A DNA stretch of 64,000 nucleotides from NCBI GenBank assembly GCA_964016885.1, contig OZ024744.1, forward strand, positions 103,850,001 to 103,914,000, given 5' to 3'. Source of the DNA: Eledone cirrhosa (Eukaryota). A model generated the notes under the pieces. That model ran no database searches. It had not been told where the DNA came from and saw only the letters and a program-made list of their open reading frames with translations. The position numbers were made by a program, and so were the translations under genes. Positions 10,245 to 22,727 of this stretch are shown in pieces (position 1 is the first letter of the stretch; every line of letters starts with the position of its first letter).

Positions 10245-12084
10245 ATATGTGGCTAGAGAAGGTCCCTAGGGAGATGGTGAGTAATTTGGTGGTGGAGTAG
10301 TAAAGTAGATGAGTCAATTAAGGCTACAAGACAGGCTTTCATAGATTGGCGTAATGGGTGTAACAGAGAAGTCTACCAGAAGGCTAGGAGAGAAGCTAAG
10401 CAACAAGTATACCTTGCAAGAAGGGAAGCAGAAAACAAAAAATTTAAGCACATTTTGCAGCATGAGTTTGTAGCGGAGCTACTTGCATGGCGTGCATCAA
10501 TAATCTATCCGTGCGTGATTTGGCTAAAGTCAGACCAATCGTAAGCCACGCATGGATATATATCAACTTCTGCCAGCTCAAAGATTTTCCCTCCTCTTTT
10601 GTTTACACTAGCCTCTAGGTGTCTTTGACTCTGAGAAGTCAACACGCCATCGCTTCAGCCTGGCGTCCTTATTCGGCCAGGCGCAGCACCTTTCTTTACT
10701 TCTTAACACTTAATTTTGTTTGTTCCATTTTAAATGACATGCCAGCACAACTTCTGTACTCATTTCTGTTTGTAAATAAAACATGTAAAAATGTTATCGG
10801 GCGTTGTAATGTTTTTACCAGAGTCATCGCCTCTGGACTTGATATAGGAAGAATCCTTTTCGCAAGGTATTTATCATAACAACAGTTTAATACTTCTTTT
10901 GTGGCTATAAGACCTATAACCGAACTTCACTTCTTCTTACATTCATCTTTAATACAAACACACCTTTACTTTAACAAACAGACACAACCGGCTAACATTG
11001 CCTCTCTCACATAATATGCCATTACATTTCTCGCTATAACAATTAGCTGAACAATTCCTTGTATGCTATAAAAAAAATTACAATAAATACTCTTATCCTT
11101 ATTATGCCAACATGGCATAATAAAATTTCGTTTTAATATTATGCCAACACGGCATAATATTATCTAACTGTTAAAAGTTGTTCAGGATCGCAAGTCAGTG
11201 TGTCAGGGATAATTGTGATGTTGGTGAAGAAAAGTGAGTCCAAAAGGATTTTGGCAAACCTGCCCTCATTGACGCTGAAAAGAAGGCAGCATGGAAATGC
11301 CACTATGAAAGATTACTGAATGAGGAGAATGCATGGGAAGAAGACAGTTTGTGTCATGTCAACCCAACCTGCTGTACAAGTTAGCGGTAGTATAGTAAGT
11401 AAGGCAATCAAGGATATGAAGTCAGACAGGGCAGTTGGACCCTCATGGATAGTTGCTGGGAGGCTGAAAACTTCAGGTATGGTGGGCCACACCATAGTCT
11501 CCCGCATTGTAAACCAAGTTATACAAAATGGTGTCATACTCAATGACCGGTGTAGTAGCATCATCATAAACTGCTACAAGGGCAAGGGTGATGCTCTAAA
11601 CAGAGAAAACTATAGAGGATTAAGTTGGTTGACCAGGTTATGAAGGTCTCTGAAAGAGTCTTAGCTCAGCTGATTAGGGATCAAGTTAACCTAGATGCAA
11701 TGCAGTTTGAGTTTGTACCAGGTAAAAGTACCACAGATGCCCTCTTCCTTGTAAGACAACAGCAGGAAAAGTACTGAGCTAAGAGTAAACCTCTACTTGG
11801 CTTTTGTTTTGTAGACATGGAGAAAGCTTTTGACAGAGTCCCCCGTTCCGTTATCTGTTGGGCTCTTAGAAAACTAGGAGTTGATGAATGGCTTGTGAGG
11901 GCAGTTCAAGCAATGTATAGAACGGTCAGCAAAGTTAGAATTAACAATGACTATAGCCAAAAATTTAGCATGCAGGTTGGTGTCCATCAAGGCTCAGTTC
12001 TTAGCCCCTCCTGTTTATAATTGTTTTGCAGGCAATAACGGAAGAGTTTAAGACTGGCTGCTCATGGAAACTTCAGTACGCTGA
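10245..12084 (+). mobile_element. RTE LINE internal fragment interrupted by a ~710-bp insertion
   Basis: YQKARREAKQQVYLAR...ILQHE (to 10466) resumes LFRIASQCVRDNCDV (~11177); CYKGKGDALNRENYRG, DMEKAFDRVPR, GVHQGSVLSP. Confidence 0.85.
10467..11174. mobile_element. Unclassified non-coding insertion with several hairpins
   Basis: Interrupts the RTE frame; hairpins at 10470-10482, 10506-10558, 11099-11123, 11136-11160; no TIR or TSD seen. Confidence 0.55.
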
Positions 12085-12212
12085 AAAAACCAAACCAAAA
12101 TCGGTTCTGGGTGAGTGAGGCACGGTCCCAAAACCCCCCACCTGGTCTCTCATAAAGTGACAGCCCGTCCTACCCATACTTGAAAGATGGACGTTAAGTG
12201 ATGATGATGATG
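12085..12212 (+). mobile_element. RTE-type 3' tail fragment
   Basis: Ends GATGGACGTTAAG(TGA)n like the other RTE tails in the window. Confidence 0.6.
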
Positions 12213-13605
12213 CGTGTTTGTGTATGTGTATATATATATGTTTATGTCAGGTCACCACTTGGTGCTACTGGTAACATGTATCCCAGTACAACCTGTCTCA
12301 TGGTCGGGTCGTTGGCGACTAAACTGGCAACCCCACCAAGGTTTCTTGGTGAGGAGGGTGACTTTGGACATCCTGCAGGACTAAAAACAAAACCTGTCGA
12401 AGGGCAAAGGAGCTCTTAAGAGTCAATGGCCATCCAAAATCACTGGGAGAGATGACCCCTTAGCCTTTGTCAAGGCAGAATTCTAAGAGAAGGAAAACTC
12501 TGATATAACACCTGCAACCCTGATGGTATCCAATGATGTTGACTTGTTCTTCTTTTTGGTAAATATCATCTTGGTTAAGAGAGTGGGACTGGCTTTGTGC
12601 AGTGCCTTTGCTCACTATAAAAGCTTCACAGCACAGGCATTGCTTTATATCTGGAGATCTCTCTGCACTTGTCATCACATGAAACCATAGTACCATGGGC
12701 CCAGCACTATGTGTCAATAATTGTCACAAGTGTAGTGTTTGTACCAGAGTTTTCAAGTCGCTGGCTGGACTAAAAAGTCACAGTCGTTCAGCGCATCGGT
12801 AGGGGTTCTCCTACATGGATATAAAGTAGTGGCCGTACTCGAAAACGAGTTGGCAGCCACCATATATATATGTATACTAGAGGACTTTGTCAAAGAGGAA
12901 AGCATCTGTCTTCACCTCCTTTCAATCTCATTCACTGTACGCACTCTTTCACCATGGTCACCAGACAGATAAAATCTGGCTCCATTTTCCAGCCAATTGA
13001 GGGCAGAAGAGGAGACAATGGCCTCAGCTGAAAGTCGGAACTGTCCTACATGTGATGATAGCAGCTACTCGATATGACACAAGTCAGCAATGCTCAGGTA
13101 CCTGATGAGTGCTTACAAGACAATTTCATCATTCTGTATCGGCCTTGGACAGGACTACTTGATGACACTTCAATGCCTGTAGAGTGTCCTAAACAAACAG
13201 TGACCACACTTGTTAACTGTTAAGGAGATATCACAGCCTCACTGGGTGTCTGCACATCATCCAACCAGAGCATGACTAGTCCTCCACACAGGGGGTGTTG
13301 ACAGCAAATGGATTGCCTGACCAGTGGAACACATCCAACAAAAAGTGAAACAGTAGATGTTCAGTCAGTCATGAAGTGTGGCAAAGCATGACAGTCTGGC
13401 TGTAATATATGATGGAGGCAATGCTGGTATTTGCTGCTTATTTGACCCATCAAGTGTAGCTGTCTCTCGGCTCATTTCTGGGTGTGACTGTCCACTCTGG
13501 TCATCATCTCATACCAGTTCTTGTCTACCAGGAGATCTGGATTAAACCAGACCCCAAGTAATTTAACTATTCTATTTGTTCAACATCCCTTGATGTTGTT
13601 GGATT

Positions 13606-14436
13606 CCATAGATCTGTCTCTCTAGGTACCAATCTACAGGTCCATAGACCTTCCTCTCTAGGTACCAATCTACAGGTCCATAGACTTGCCTGTCTAGGTA
13701 CCAATCTACAGGTCCATAGACCTGTCTCTCTAGGTACCAATCTACTACTCCATAGACCTTCCTCTCTAGGTACCAATCTACAGGTCCATAGACCTGCCTG
13801 TCTAGGTACCAATCTACAGGTCCATAGACCTGTCTCTCTAGGTACCAATCTACTACTCCATAGACCTTCCTCTCTAGGTACCAATCTACAGGTCCATAGA
13901 CCTGCCTGTCTAGGTACCAATCTACAGGTCCATAGACCTGTCTCTCTAGGTACCAATCTACTACTCCATAGACCTTCCTCTCTAGGTACCAATCTACAGG
14001 TCCATAGACCTGCCTGTCTAGGTACCAATCTACAGGTCCATAGACCTTCCTCTCTAGGTACCAATCTACAACTCCATAGACCTTCCTCTCTAGGTACCAA
14101 TCTACAGGTCCATAGACCTGCCTGTCTAGGTACCAATCTACAGGTCCATAGACCTGCCTGTCTAGGTACCAATCTACAGGTCCATAGACCTTCCTCTCTA
14201 GGTACCAATCTACAGGTCCATAGACCTTCCTCTCTAGGTACCAATCTACAGGTCCATAGACCTTCCTCTCTAGGTACCAATCTACATGTCCATAGACCTT
14301 CCTCTCTAGGTACCAATCTACATGTCCATAGACCTTCCTCTCTAGGTACCAATCTACAGGTCCATAGACCTGCCTGTCTAGGTACCAATCTACAGATCCA
14401 TAGACCTGCCTGTCTAGGTACCAATCTACAGGTCCA
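13606..14436. repeat. 36-bp minisatellite, ~23 copies
   Basis: Unit CCATAGACC[TTCCTC/TGCCTG/TGTCTC]TCTAGGTACCAATCTACAGGT; gives the 12-aa period of ORF 13567-14532. Confidence 0.95.
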
Positions 14437-15384
14437 ATGACTTTTATGGTTGTGGGTGCTTCTTAAAACTTTCTTTTTGCAAATATTTCTCCCTGTTGCA
14501 GTTAACTCTTCATTGTATCTGTAGGTCACCACACAGAAAAATTGTAACAGTCAGAAACTAATGTGGAAGTGTTTCAGGGGACGGGGTGGGAAATCACTTA
14601 AAAATTGACACATTTAACACTTCAGCTGGAATAAAAGAAAAGAAAATATAAGTAGACAGTTTTTGACTCATGAAGATGACAGATTAGGTCTGGCTGCTTC
14701 TGAAAATTTTGCAAGAGAAATTGAGTCATTTTAAAAGCCAACTGTAAAAGAAATACATTAATGAAAGGGTTGAAGGTTAATGATAGGCTAAGCTGGAATA
14801 AGCTGACAAGTTGTCAACACACAGTTTAAATAAAGCAGTCCTTGAAATCAAATCACACAGATGTGTTTTGTGGGGCCAAAACAAGATATCAGGAGATTGT
14901 TGGGTTTGTAGCTGTGGAATAATTTGGTTGTGCTTTGTCACTCACCAGTTCTTAGGGGGATTGGCAATGTATGAATACAAAGGATGACTTCGGCCCAACA
15001 GTTGCTTCAAGCCTTTTTTTTCCCTTCTACCCACTAGTTGCGGTTTTCACTTCGTTGACACCAGACCTTACTAATGGCGTTCCCCGGAGCAACTGGCAAG
15101 ATGTAGCACTTACCAAGAAACTTTGGCCCTCTTGACAAGGGCCCAGCAACGTTCTTCTTACCTAAGTATATTTCACACACATTGTTATCATTCAACTTAA
15201 CTATGCCTTTCTGCAACTTGTATTAATTTGATACAACTTGTATTAATTTGTTTGGAAGAAGATAAACCTTTATATCATGATTTAACAACCTTCTGATAAT
15301 TTCCGCCACCATTGAATCTTCATACATCTTTAAAATATTTCTTCTGAGATGATCTTTCCCCCTAATATCTTATTGCTAAAGGTT

Positions 15385-15710
15385 TAATGAAATAAATGAA
15401 GATCTAGTGAAGCATGAAGTATGAAACAGTGAAGAAATATCTAATGAAGATTTCCACACAGAGATATATACACGCTGAAGAGGATGAGAGTGAAGAATTT
15501 CCTCAAATTTTAATAGCTGACGATTTATCTGAGGTTTTCCAGTGCTTCAATAGAGCTATGCTCATTTTCACCTAAAAGTTCTCAGAATGAGAGGTGGGCA
15601 GACAGAAACTCTTAGGCAAACAGGTTAATGGTAAATAGGACTGCTACAAAGAATATACAAACAAAAAATGTAAAATAAGAAACTTTGGATAAGTTTTTAA
15701 AGTAAATATT
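15385..15710 (+). mobile_element. pogo/Tigger transposase C-terminal relic
   Basis: Broken frames give EEISNED...EEDESEE...LSEVFQCFNRAM...DCYKE...TLDKF, matching the Tigger C-terminal pattern. Confidence 0.45.
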
Positions 15711-15762
15711 TATTTTATTGGTGTTTATTAATCTTTCTGAAATGTATATATATATATATATA

Positions 15763-16339
15763 CTAGCAGTGGTACCCGGCGTTGCACGGGATAAGGTATT
15801 TTGGAACGCAGGCCACCAACACACCTAATCGTGGAAAAACTGCATGCCTGGTCAATATGTAAAGAAAATAAACCGAATACTCTGATGACTGGATAATCTA
15901 AGATTTTCCTCGCTGAAGCAGGAAAAAGGCAGGTTTTCATCTAATGCGGGCTCTAGGGGATCAAGAAAATGAATTTTTTTTATGTGCATAATATGCCTTG
16001 AAATTTCGGGAAAATTGGATAGACATAACGCCTCAAAAAAACCCTAAAAAGCTGAAAAAAATGAAGTTTTTCACCTAATGCGGGCCGTAGACCATAAAAA
16101 AGTTGGATTTCCTTTGCTAACGGTATGAAGAAGAGACTGACTAATACATAGTTACAATTTCAAGGAAATCGGTCTGACATAACGCCTCAAAAAACCCCTA
16201 AAAACCTGGAAAAAACGCAGTTTTTCACCTAATGCGGGCCCTAGGGGATCAAAAAGTTGAATTTTTTTATGCACTCACTGAAATATAAGTAATACACATG
16301 TAAAGTTTGAAAAAGATCGGTTAGGTACTTCTCGGGTTT

Positions 16340-16433
<94 letters not shown>

Positions 16434-16885
16434 TACACACATACATACATACATCCTTCCTCAGTTTTATATATATACATAAAGCGAAACCTACAGTCAG
16501 TAGGCACCTCTTAACAAAATACACCCCCGTCCCACTACCACCACCCCATCCACACCACCCCTTTTGATGTAAAGTTATGTTGGTACCACAATATCCAGTC
16601 CTAAATAAATGAGGTCGTATAGGCGTCACGACAAAAAAACACACAGTCCACGCCGTAATGTGGCCGTGTAGGTAACACGGTAAAAACCTCCCAGTCCACA
16701 CTGTAAACGTTGTTGGTGTTAGGAAGGGCATCCAGCCGTAGAAAACCCGCCAGACAGTCCTATACGAGCAAGACAACCAATCTTGCCTCAAGTGGGAAAA
16801 TTCCCGTCCAAGCCCATGCTAGCGTGGAAGATGGACGTTAAACGATGATAATGATGATGATGATGATGATGATGACATATATAGA
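15763..16885 (-). mobile_element. Non-autonomous Helitron with internal subrepeats and (CA)n
   Basis: Minus-strand 3' end CCCGTGCAACGCCGGG hairpin, then TACCACTG-CTAG|T at 15763; 5' TCTATATA end at 16885, separated from TATAAAACTGAG by a nested RTE tail; internal repeats TTTTCACCTAATGCGGGCC. Confidence 0.8.
16481..16874 (+). mobile_element. RTE 3' UTR-only insertion nested in the Helitron 5' end
   Basis: Closely matches 53935-54322; (GAT)n tail; ACAT on both sides (16477-16480, 16875-16878). Confidence 0.85.
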
Positions 16886-16889
16886 TTAA

Positions 16890-17339
16890 AATAACAGATT
16901 AAAGTTTAAGCAAAGAATCGTTGCTTTCACCCTTAACGGGATCTTCTGAAACTAAAAACATCAATCTGTGAACGCAGAAGTAAATATTTCGAAAAACGTT
17001 GCAGCCGAAGGAAAACAGGAAGACGATACTTTGGTTCGTGAAGACGTTCCCTGACAATGAACGGATAATAGCGAACATAATACGTCATCAATGTTCGTCA
17101 GAATGTCGTAATGCAGATAGCCAGGCACACAGACAGATATTATAAGAGCGCGACGGAGATCGATAACCGGCGCCTAACACCCCTTTAACAACAGAAATTG
17201 AAAAATAAAAGCAGCAGTTAATATCTTTAGACCACAAGGAATATATAAATGCAAGTTTGAAGTCAATTGGAGTAGAAATGTGGATTTGTATAGACTTTGC
17301 AAAAATGAGGGGACACACACAGACAACATCAGACATCAG

Positions 17340-17345
<6 letters not shown>
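16890..17345 (-). mobile_element. Helitron-like non-autonomous fragment
   Basis: ~17095-17155 is the reverse complement of ~23615-23680 (CTTATAATATCTGTCTGT...CTGCATTACG); begins at a TA run followed by TCTGATGTCTG. Confidence 0.5.
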
Positions 17346-17393
<48 letters not shown>

Positions 17394-17397
<4 letters not shown>

Positions 17398-17886
17398 AGA
17401 AAGTTCAGTAAATCTGAAGAAAATACGATGCAGAGCAGAGTGTATATAATGATAACAAAGTAGAGGTGTTGCATAGGAGATTTATTGCTCAATCCTGGTT
17501 ACAAATGTTTCTCAAGCAGCTGGCTTGTGATCTGGGATGGCACCCCAGACCAGACTCCAAGATTGCCTGATCCTCAGACCAGTGTTAACACAACAAAAAT
17601 CACATCAAATTTGCAGAGAAACCAGCACAAAGACACAAACAAGCATAAGGTATGACCAAACACGGTCCTAGAATTCAACGGACACACATATCTCGAATAT
17701 TACAAGAAAAAAAACCGTTACAAACAAAAGCAAAAACAAAATTTACAGATATAAATAAAGAAAGAAATATATCCATGTATACACAATCACACACATACAC
17801 ACATGTGCATAAAATGCCTATGCACACACGTAGAAATTGAACATGTACACACATATACATACACACATCCTCACAGACACACATGC

Positions 17887-17919
<33 letters not shown>

Positions 17920-19680
17920 TACAAATACATATACACATATACACAACATAAAAATACACTCACAAAAAATGCATGAAAAAGGCTGTTGGTGCTCTGGGGC
18001 AAGTTATGAGAGGACCTGGTCGGTAGCTCACTAAGGAAGACAGCAGCCCCTAGCGTTGCACCCACCTGCGAGATGGGCAAACAGATGGGTCCTTTGATGC
18101 ATACAATTACTCAGGATCTCAAACCTAGAGTTGATTGTCCGCCCGCACAGCTTGAGGATCTCCACACTCTCACAGGTACAGAGCCGACAAACCTCGCTGC
18201 CCCGCTCCCAGGGCGGGATTTGAACTCGGTACTAGTGGAACCTACAAACACAAATTCCTCTCTTTCCGTGGAGACCGTACAGCTGTAAACCACTCCCAAG
18301 ACTCTGCAGCAACTGTTGAGGGGGACAGTCGTGGAGGGATTTGTAGTTGCAGTTCGTCAGAGATCTACCAGGAGTTCTGTAAGATGCTGTGTTCAATGCA
18401 AAAGAAGGGATATTGCACTGGGGGTTCCAATCGCTTACGATGGACGGATTCCGTTGATTTCAGGACCCAGGTTGGCATGCTCAGGTGTCCTCATGGTGCA
18501 GGCGAGTCCTTGTGGAGTTGGTACGGAGGGGTGCAGGTGGTGTGCCATTTGCACGCCGATGTGCTGTATGGGTGGCTAGGGAGTTCGCGTCCGTAGGGAG
18601 TGGTCACTCCCACTCATGCCCATTGCAGGAAATGTGGTCATGCAATGTGGCACAGGGCGATGGGACGAGTCCGAGGGTGTGGGTACAAGATCACACGGGG
18701 ATTGATTAAAGCTGCCATACATACCACCAGGGCTGGGCCATAGTGGTCGAGCAAGTGCCTCCCCCCCCACATATCCCCCATCAAGAGGCCCACCCTCAGA
18801 GAGCCTGTTACATTGTCCATCTGTAGCACACACACCCCCTCCGGTAACGTCCGCACTGAGGCAGGCATGTGTGGGATGAGGGGCATAGTCGTCACCTCAC
18901 CGGTGCTGTGTCACTCCCATTACGGGACTGGGGTCAGGGGTGCTGCCAGAGTGGAGAGATCAGGAGGTGCCTCACCGGTGAGGAAGCAGGGAGGCAGTCA
19001 AAGAATCACGATCCACAAACCCTGTGCTCACCCCGGTGGTGATAGTGCAGTTACCAGGGGCCGCTAAAGGAAAGCCAAGCTTGTGATTGCACTCACGTTC
19101 GCTGTCCTTATCAAGATATGTGATCCGGTGAGTGCCCCACTCTGGCCAGGGCCTAATTGTATCATACAGCATGCTGCTCAAAGATGTGGGCGTTGGCAGA
19201 GAGATTGAAACTTCTACCAGATACACCTTTGACTATGGACCTATGGATCGATTTGGGAAGGTTTGTATGGTAGTGAACATACCTCAGGCACTCATTGGGT
19301 TTGTTATAGGGCCTATGCAGTCCCGTGTCAAGTTCCAGGGTCATGTCCAGAAAGTTCACAGTCCTCAAACTAGGTTCTATGGTAAGTCCCAGTCTGTAGT
19401 TCTGGAAAAAACGCCTAACTGTTTCCTAAGCCCCTCCAGATTCCTCGCATGTTTGCTAGACCATAAAAAGGGCATCATCTCTATAGAGTCTGCCCCTACC
19501 TCCAGGATCTCCAGCCATTTGTTATGAAGCAGGAAGATCCCAATGAGTCACTAGACCCCATCATTATGTCGAAGCAGTCATGTCTGTCCTTTCTTTACCA
19601 GATATGGCCGTCAAACTCTATGAGCATTTTACATGCAAGTGTAATTAGATCTATGTTTGTCCTGGTAAGCCTGGACTCCT
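17394..19680 (-). mobile_element. Penelope-like element (Neptune-like RT + GIY-YIG), 5' truncated, decayed
   Basis: Minus strand: FDIMMGSSD, LYRDDA (~19471-19488), VNFLDMTLEL...PYNKPNECLRYVHYHTN, CN...CPLNSCC, GVVYSCTV...FVGSTSTEFKSR; 3' hammerhead and AATAAA (17481-17486); ends at (TA)n. Confidence 0.85.
17495..17582 (-). ncRNA. Type I hammerhead ribozyme in the Penelope 3' region
   Basis: CTGGT-CTGAGGA-TCAGGCA-[46 nt]-TGCTTGA-GAAA-C-attt-G-TA-ACCAG: stem I 5 bp, stem II 7 bp (one G-U), minimal stem III, GUA cleavage triplet. Confidence 0.8.
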
Positions 19681-19689
19681 GAATGCCAG

Positions 19690-19856
19690 AGATCTTGGTC
19701 CTGTGCCATCGCCTTTGAGAGGTGCAACTGGGCATGGTCAGCTTTTATCACCTCGTCCCAAGTCTTCCTGGATCTGCCCTCTCCAAGGATTCCATCGACT
19801 TTGAGTGCTCAGCACCTTTTTATACAGCCGTCATCCTTCATACACATCACATGTAT
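19690..19856 (-). mobile_element. RTE ORF 3' fragment
   Basis: HVMCMKDDGCIKRC*ALKVDGILGEGRSRKTWDEVIKAD. Confidence 0.8.
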
Positions 19857-19886
19857 ACAGCTATGCTTGAAGCTAAATCCTAATTT

Positions 19887-19920
<34 letters not shown>

Positions 19921-19924
<4 letters not shown>

Positions 19925-20170
19925 TCATTTAACATCCATTTTTTCATGTTAACATGGGTTAGATTGGTTGTCCTGTTGTGAGACAAGCCAGATCAGATGT
20001 CTGTTTCTTGCTCATACAGAACTATTTCTGGCTTGGTTTCTACAGCTGGAAACCCTTCCTATCACTAACCACATTTACAGTGAGTACTGGGTGCTTTTTG
20101 TCGTAACACCTACATGACCACTTTACAGTGTGGATTTGGTGCTTTTAGTCGTGACACCTACACAACCATT
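19921..20170 (-). mobile_element. RTE 3' UTR / V-domain tail fragment
   Basis: (ATC)n start, TTTAACATCCA and CAGCTGGAAACCCTTCCTA, reverse complement of the UTR at 10030-10190. Confidence 0.7.
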
Positions 20171-20339
20171 TCACAAGTGGAGAGATGGCATGCTGAAAAA
20201 GACCTGTCCATCCCTTATAAGAGTGGAAAAATGGACTTCAAAAAATGATGATGATGACTGCCAGAAAAATGGGAAGAATGGAATGAAGATGTAAACCATT
20301 CACTTAACTCATTCAATCCAAGTGGTCTCAATGCTCATA

Positions 20340-20536
20340 CGAGGGTTGGTTGAAAGTTCATAGGCCGACCAAGATACTCTCATGGAATGACCAAATGAGA
20401 TTTATTTTTCAACATGGTTCTTGGAAAGAAACAATGCAGTTATTAATAGGAAGGGTTTAAATTAATGCATGCAAGATTTCACAGCTCTAGCATCACTCCT
20501 TCATAGTCAACCTATGAACTGTTCAGCCAATCCTCA
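20340..20536 (-). mobile_element. mariner-derived MITE (internal deletion derivative)
   Basis: TIRs CGAGGGTTGGTTGAAAGTTCATAGG / CCTATGAACTGTTCAGCCAATCCTC, TA flanks; interior matches 35952-36013 in reverse. Confidence 0.85.
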
Positions 20537-20619
20537 TACACAGATGAATGAAAGGTAATGGATATTTGCTTAAAAAGACGACTGTGAAGGACAAGTGATA
20601 TTCAGCATATTCCACTTCC

Positions 20620-20967
20620 ATATACACACGCACACACATGTATCTGTGTGATATTATGACTTTGGATTGGCAGTATCGGTAGAGAGTCGGACGCCATGCT
20701 TTCCAGCATAGTTACGTCCCTTTACAGTCTGAGTTCAAATCCCGCCGAGGTTTACTTTGCCTTTCATCCTTACGGGGTCGATAAAATAAAGTACCAGTAA
20801 TGCACTGGGTAATTGCTGGCCTTGTGCCTAAAGTAGAAACAATTATGACTTGTACACTGTTCACTTTCCTGACATTTGTACATTATTCTATGTACTATAC
20901 ATGCACCTTTGATGAGTTGTGGTACACCTGAGCACTGTAGACAATATTTTCATTATTATTATTATTA
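20620..20967 (+). mobile_element. CR1 3' UTR fragment with (ATT)n tail
   Basis: Reverse complement of ~29930-30075; split by the SINE at 20663-20841. Confidence 0.8.
20663..20841 (+). mobile_element. SINE (Deu/Nin-like), near full length
   Basis: Same head, core and tail as 4403-4578; TSD ATTATGACTT at 20653-20662 and 20842-20851. Confidence 0.9.
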
Positions 20968-21810
20968 GACATACACATACACACAGTCAGACACACATAC
21001 ACACAGTCAGACACACATACACACAGTCAGACACACATACACACAGTCAGACCCACATACACACAGTCAGACACACATACACAACATACAGACACACATA
21101 CACACAGTCAGACACACACACACACACACAGTCAGACACACACACACACAGTCAGACACACAACACAGTCAGACACACATACACAACATACAGACACACA
21201 TTCACACAGTCAGACACACACACACACACAGTCAGACACACATACACAACATACAGACACACATACACACAGTCAGACACATATATACAGTCAGACACAC
21301 ATACACACAGTCAGACACACATACACAACATACAGACACCCATACACACAGTCAGACACACATACATACAGTCAGACACACATACACACAGTCAGACACA
21401 CATTCACACAGTCAGACACACATACACAACATACAGACACACATACACACAGTCAGACACACACACACACACAGTCAGACACACACACACACAGTCAGAC
21501 ACACAACACACAGTCAGACACACATACACAACATACAGACACACATTCACACAGTCAGACACACATACACACAGTCAGACACACATACACACAGTCAGAC
21601 ACACATACACACAGTCAGATACACAACACAACATACAGACACACAACACAGACACAAACAACACAACTCAGATATACACATATTCAACACAACTCAGATA
21701 TACACACATACAACACACACACACACACACACAACACAACGCATAAACTCACACACACATAGACACACGGACACGCATACAACACACACATACACACACA
21801 CACACACTCA
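20968..21810. repeat. Compound CA-rich micro/minisatellite
   Basis: ~20-bp unit CACACAGTCAGACACACATA with ACAACATACAG variants. Confidence 0.95.
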
Positions 21811-21932
21811 TACCTAATTGACCTACAAATGGTGTAGTAGCAGAAAGTCCTACTTTGGAAGAAGTGTAAGTGGTTGTTAAACTCAATAATGGGAAGTTGC
21901 TTGGAATGGATGGTATTTGTGCTGAGGTATTG

Positions 21933-21933
<1 letters not shown>

Positions 21934-21972
<39 letters not shown>

Positions 21973-22069
21973 TTTACGTTGTGTTACTAACTGTTGTGTT
22001 ACTATTTCTACCTAACTCGTCCCATGGACTGAGTGCTCTACCACTACGGATATTACCTTCCATATATAT

Positions 22070-22110
<41 letters not shown>

Positions 22111-22270
22111 TTTACGTCCACCTTTTTTTTCCCTGCTTGCAAGGGTGGGACGGGAACTGATTCTGGCTTGATTTCTACAGCTGGATGCCCTTCCTAACAC
22201 CAACCTCATTTACAGTGAGTGCTGGGTGCTTTTTTGCCGTGGCACCTCCACGACCACTTTACAGTGGAAT
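21934..22270 (-). mobile_element. Two RTE-type 3' tails in antisense
   Basis: (TCA)n-TTTTACGT twice; CAGCTGGATGCCCTTCCTAACACCAACC V-domain-like motif. Confidence 0.7.
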
Positions 22271-22290
22271 GATAGGGACCCCAGACCCTA

Positions 22291-22427
22291 TCATCTCATT
22301 TCTACAGCTGAGTAAACTGGAGCAATGTGAAATAAAGTGTCTTGCCCAAGGAAACAACACATCACCCGGTCTGAGAATTGAACTCACAACCTTTCGATTG
22401 CAAGGCCAATGCTCTAACCACTAAGCC
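22291..22427 (-). mobile_element. tRNA-derived CORE-like SINE 5' part
   Basis: Minus strand GGCTTAGTGGTTAG (A box), GTTCAATTC (B box), CCTTGGGCAAGACACTTTATTTCACATTGCTCCAGT...CTCAGCTG. Confidence 0.75.
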
Positions 22428-22727
22428 TAATATGTAAGGTTTGGGTGGACGAAAGTGCTCCCCAAGACAGGAAAGATGCATTGATGGTGGTGCTTAATAA
22501 ATAGAAAGGTACAAAGGACGATTGTGGTAATTATTGTGGGATAACCCTCCATTCAGTTGTGGGAAAAAGACGTCTTTTGATATGGTGAATGGGATAGCCC
22601 TATGGAAGATTCTGACTAAGTTTGGTTGTCCTGACAAGTTGGCATTAATTCTGAAAGGTTTTCATGATGATATGTAAGCTTGTATTAATATAGGTGGAGA
22701 GGTATTAGATTCCATTTTTATTGAAAA

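Noticed and set aside
13606-14436. Common origin of the 36-bp and 44-bp repeats
   Set aside because: Only short shared words (TAGAC, CTAG, ATCTAC); no convincing colinear alignment by eye
13567-14532. 321-aa Cys/Trp repeat ORF (WTCRLVPREEGL)n
   Set aside because: By-product of a 36-bp minisatellite with no stop in one frame; GTG start and no unique domain
20919-21746. 275-aa His/Thr-rich ORF
   Set aside because: Translation of a CA-rich microsatellite
22360-22427. tRNA gene
   Set aside because: A and B boxes run into a CORE-like SINE body; no complete acceptor stem
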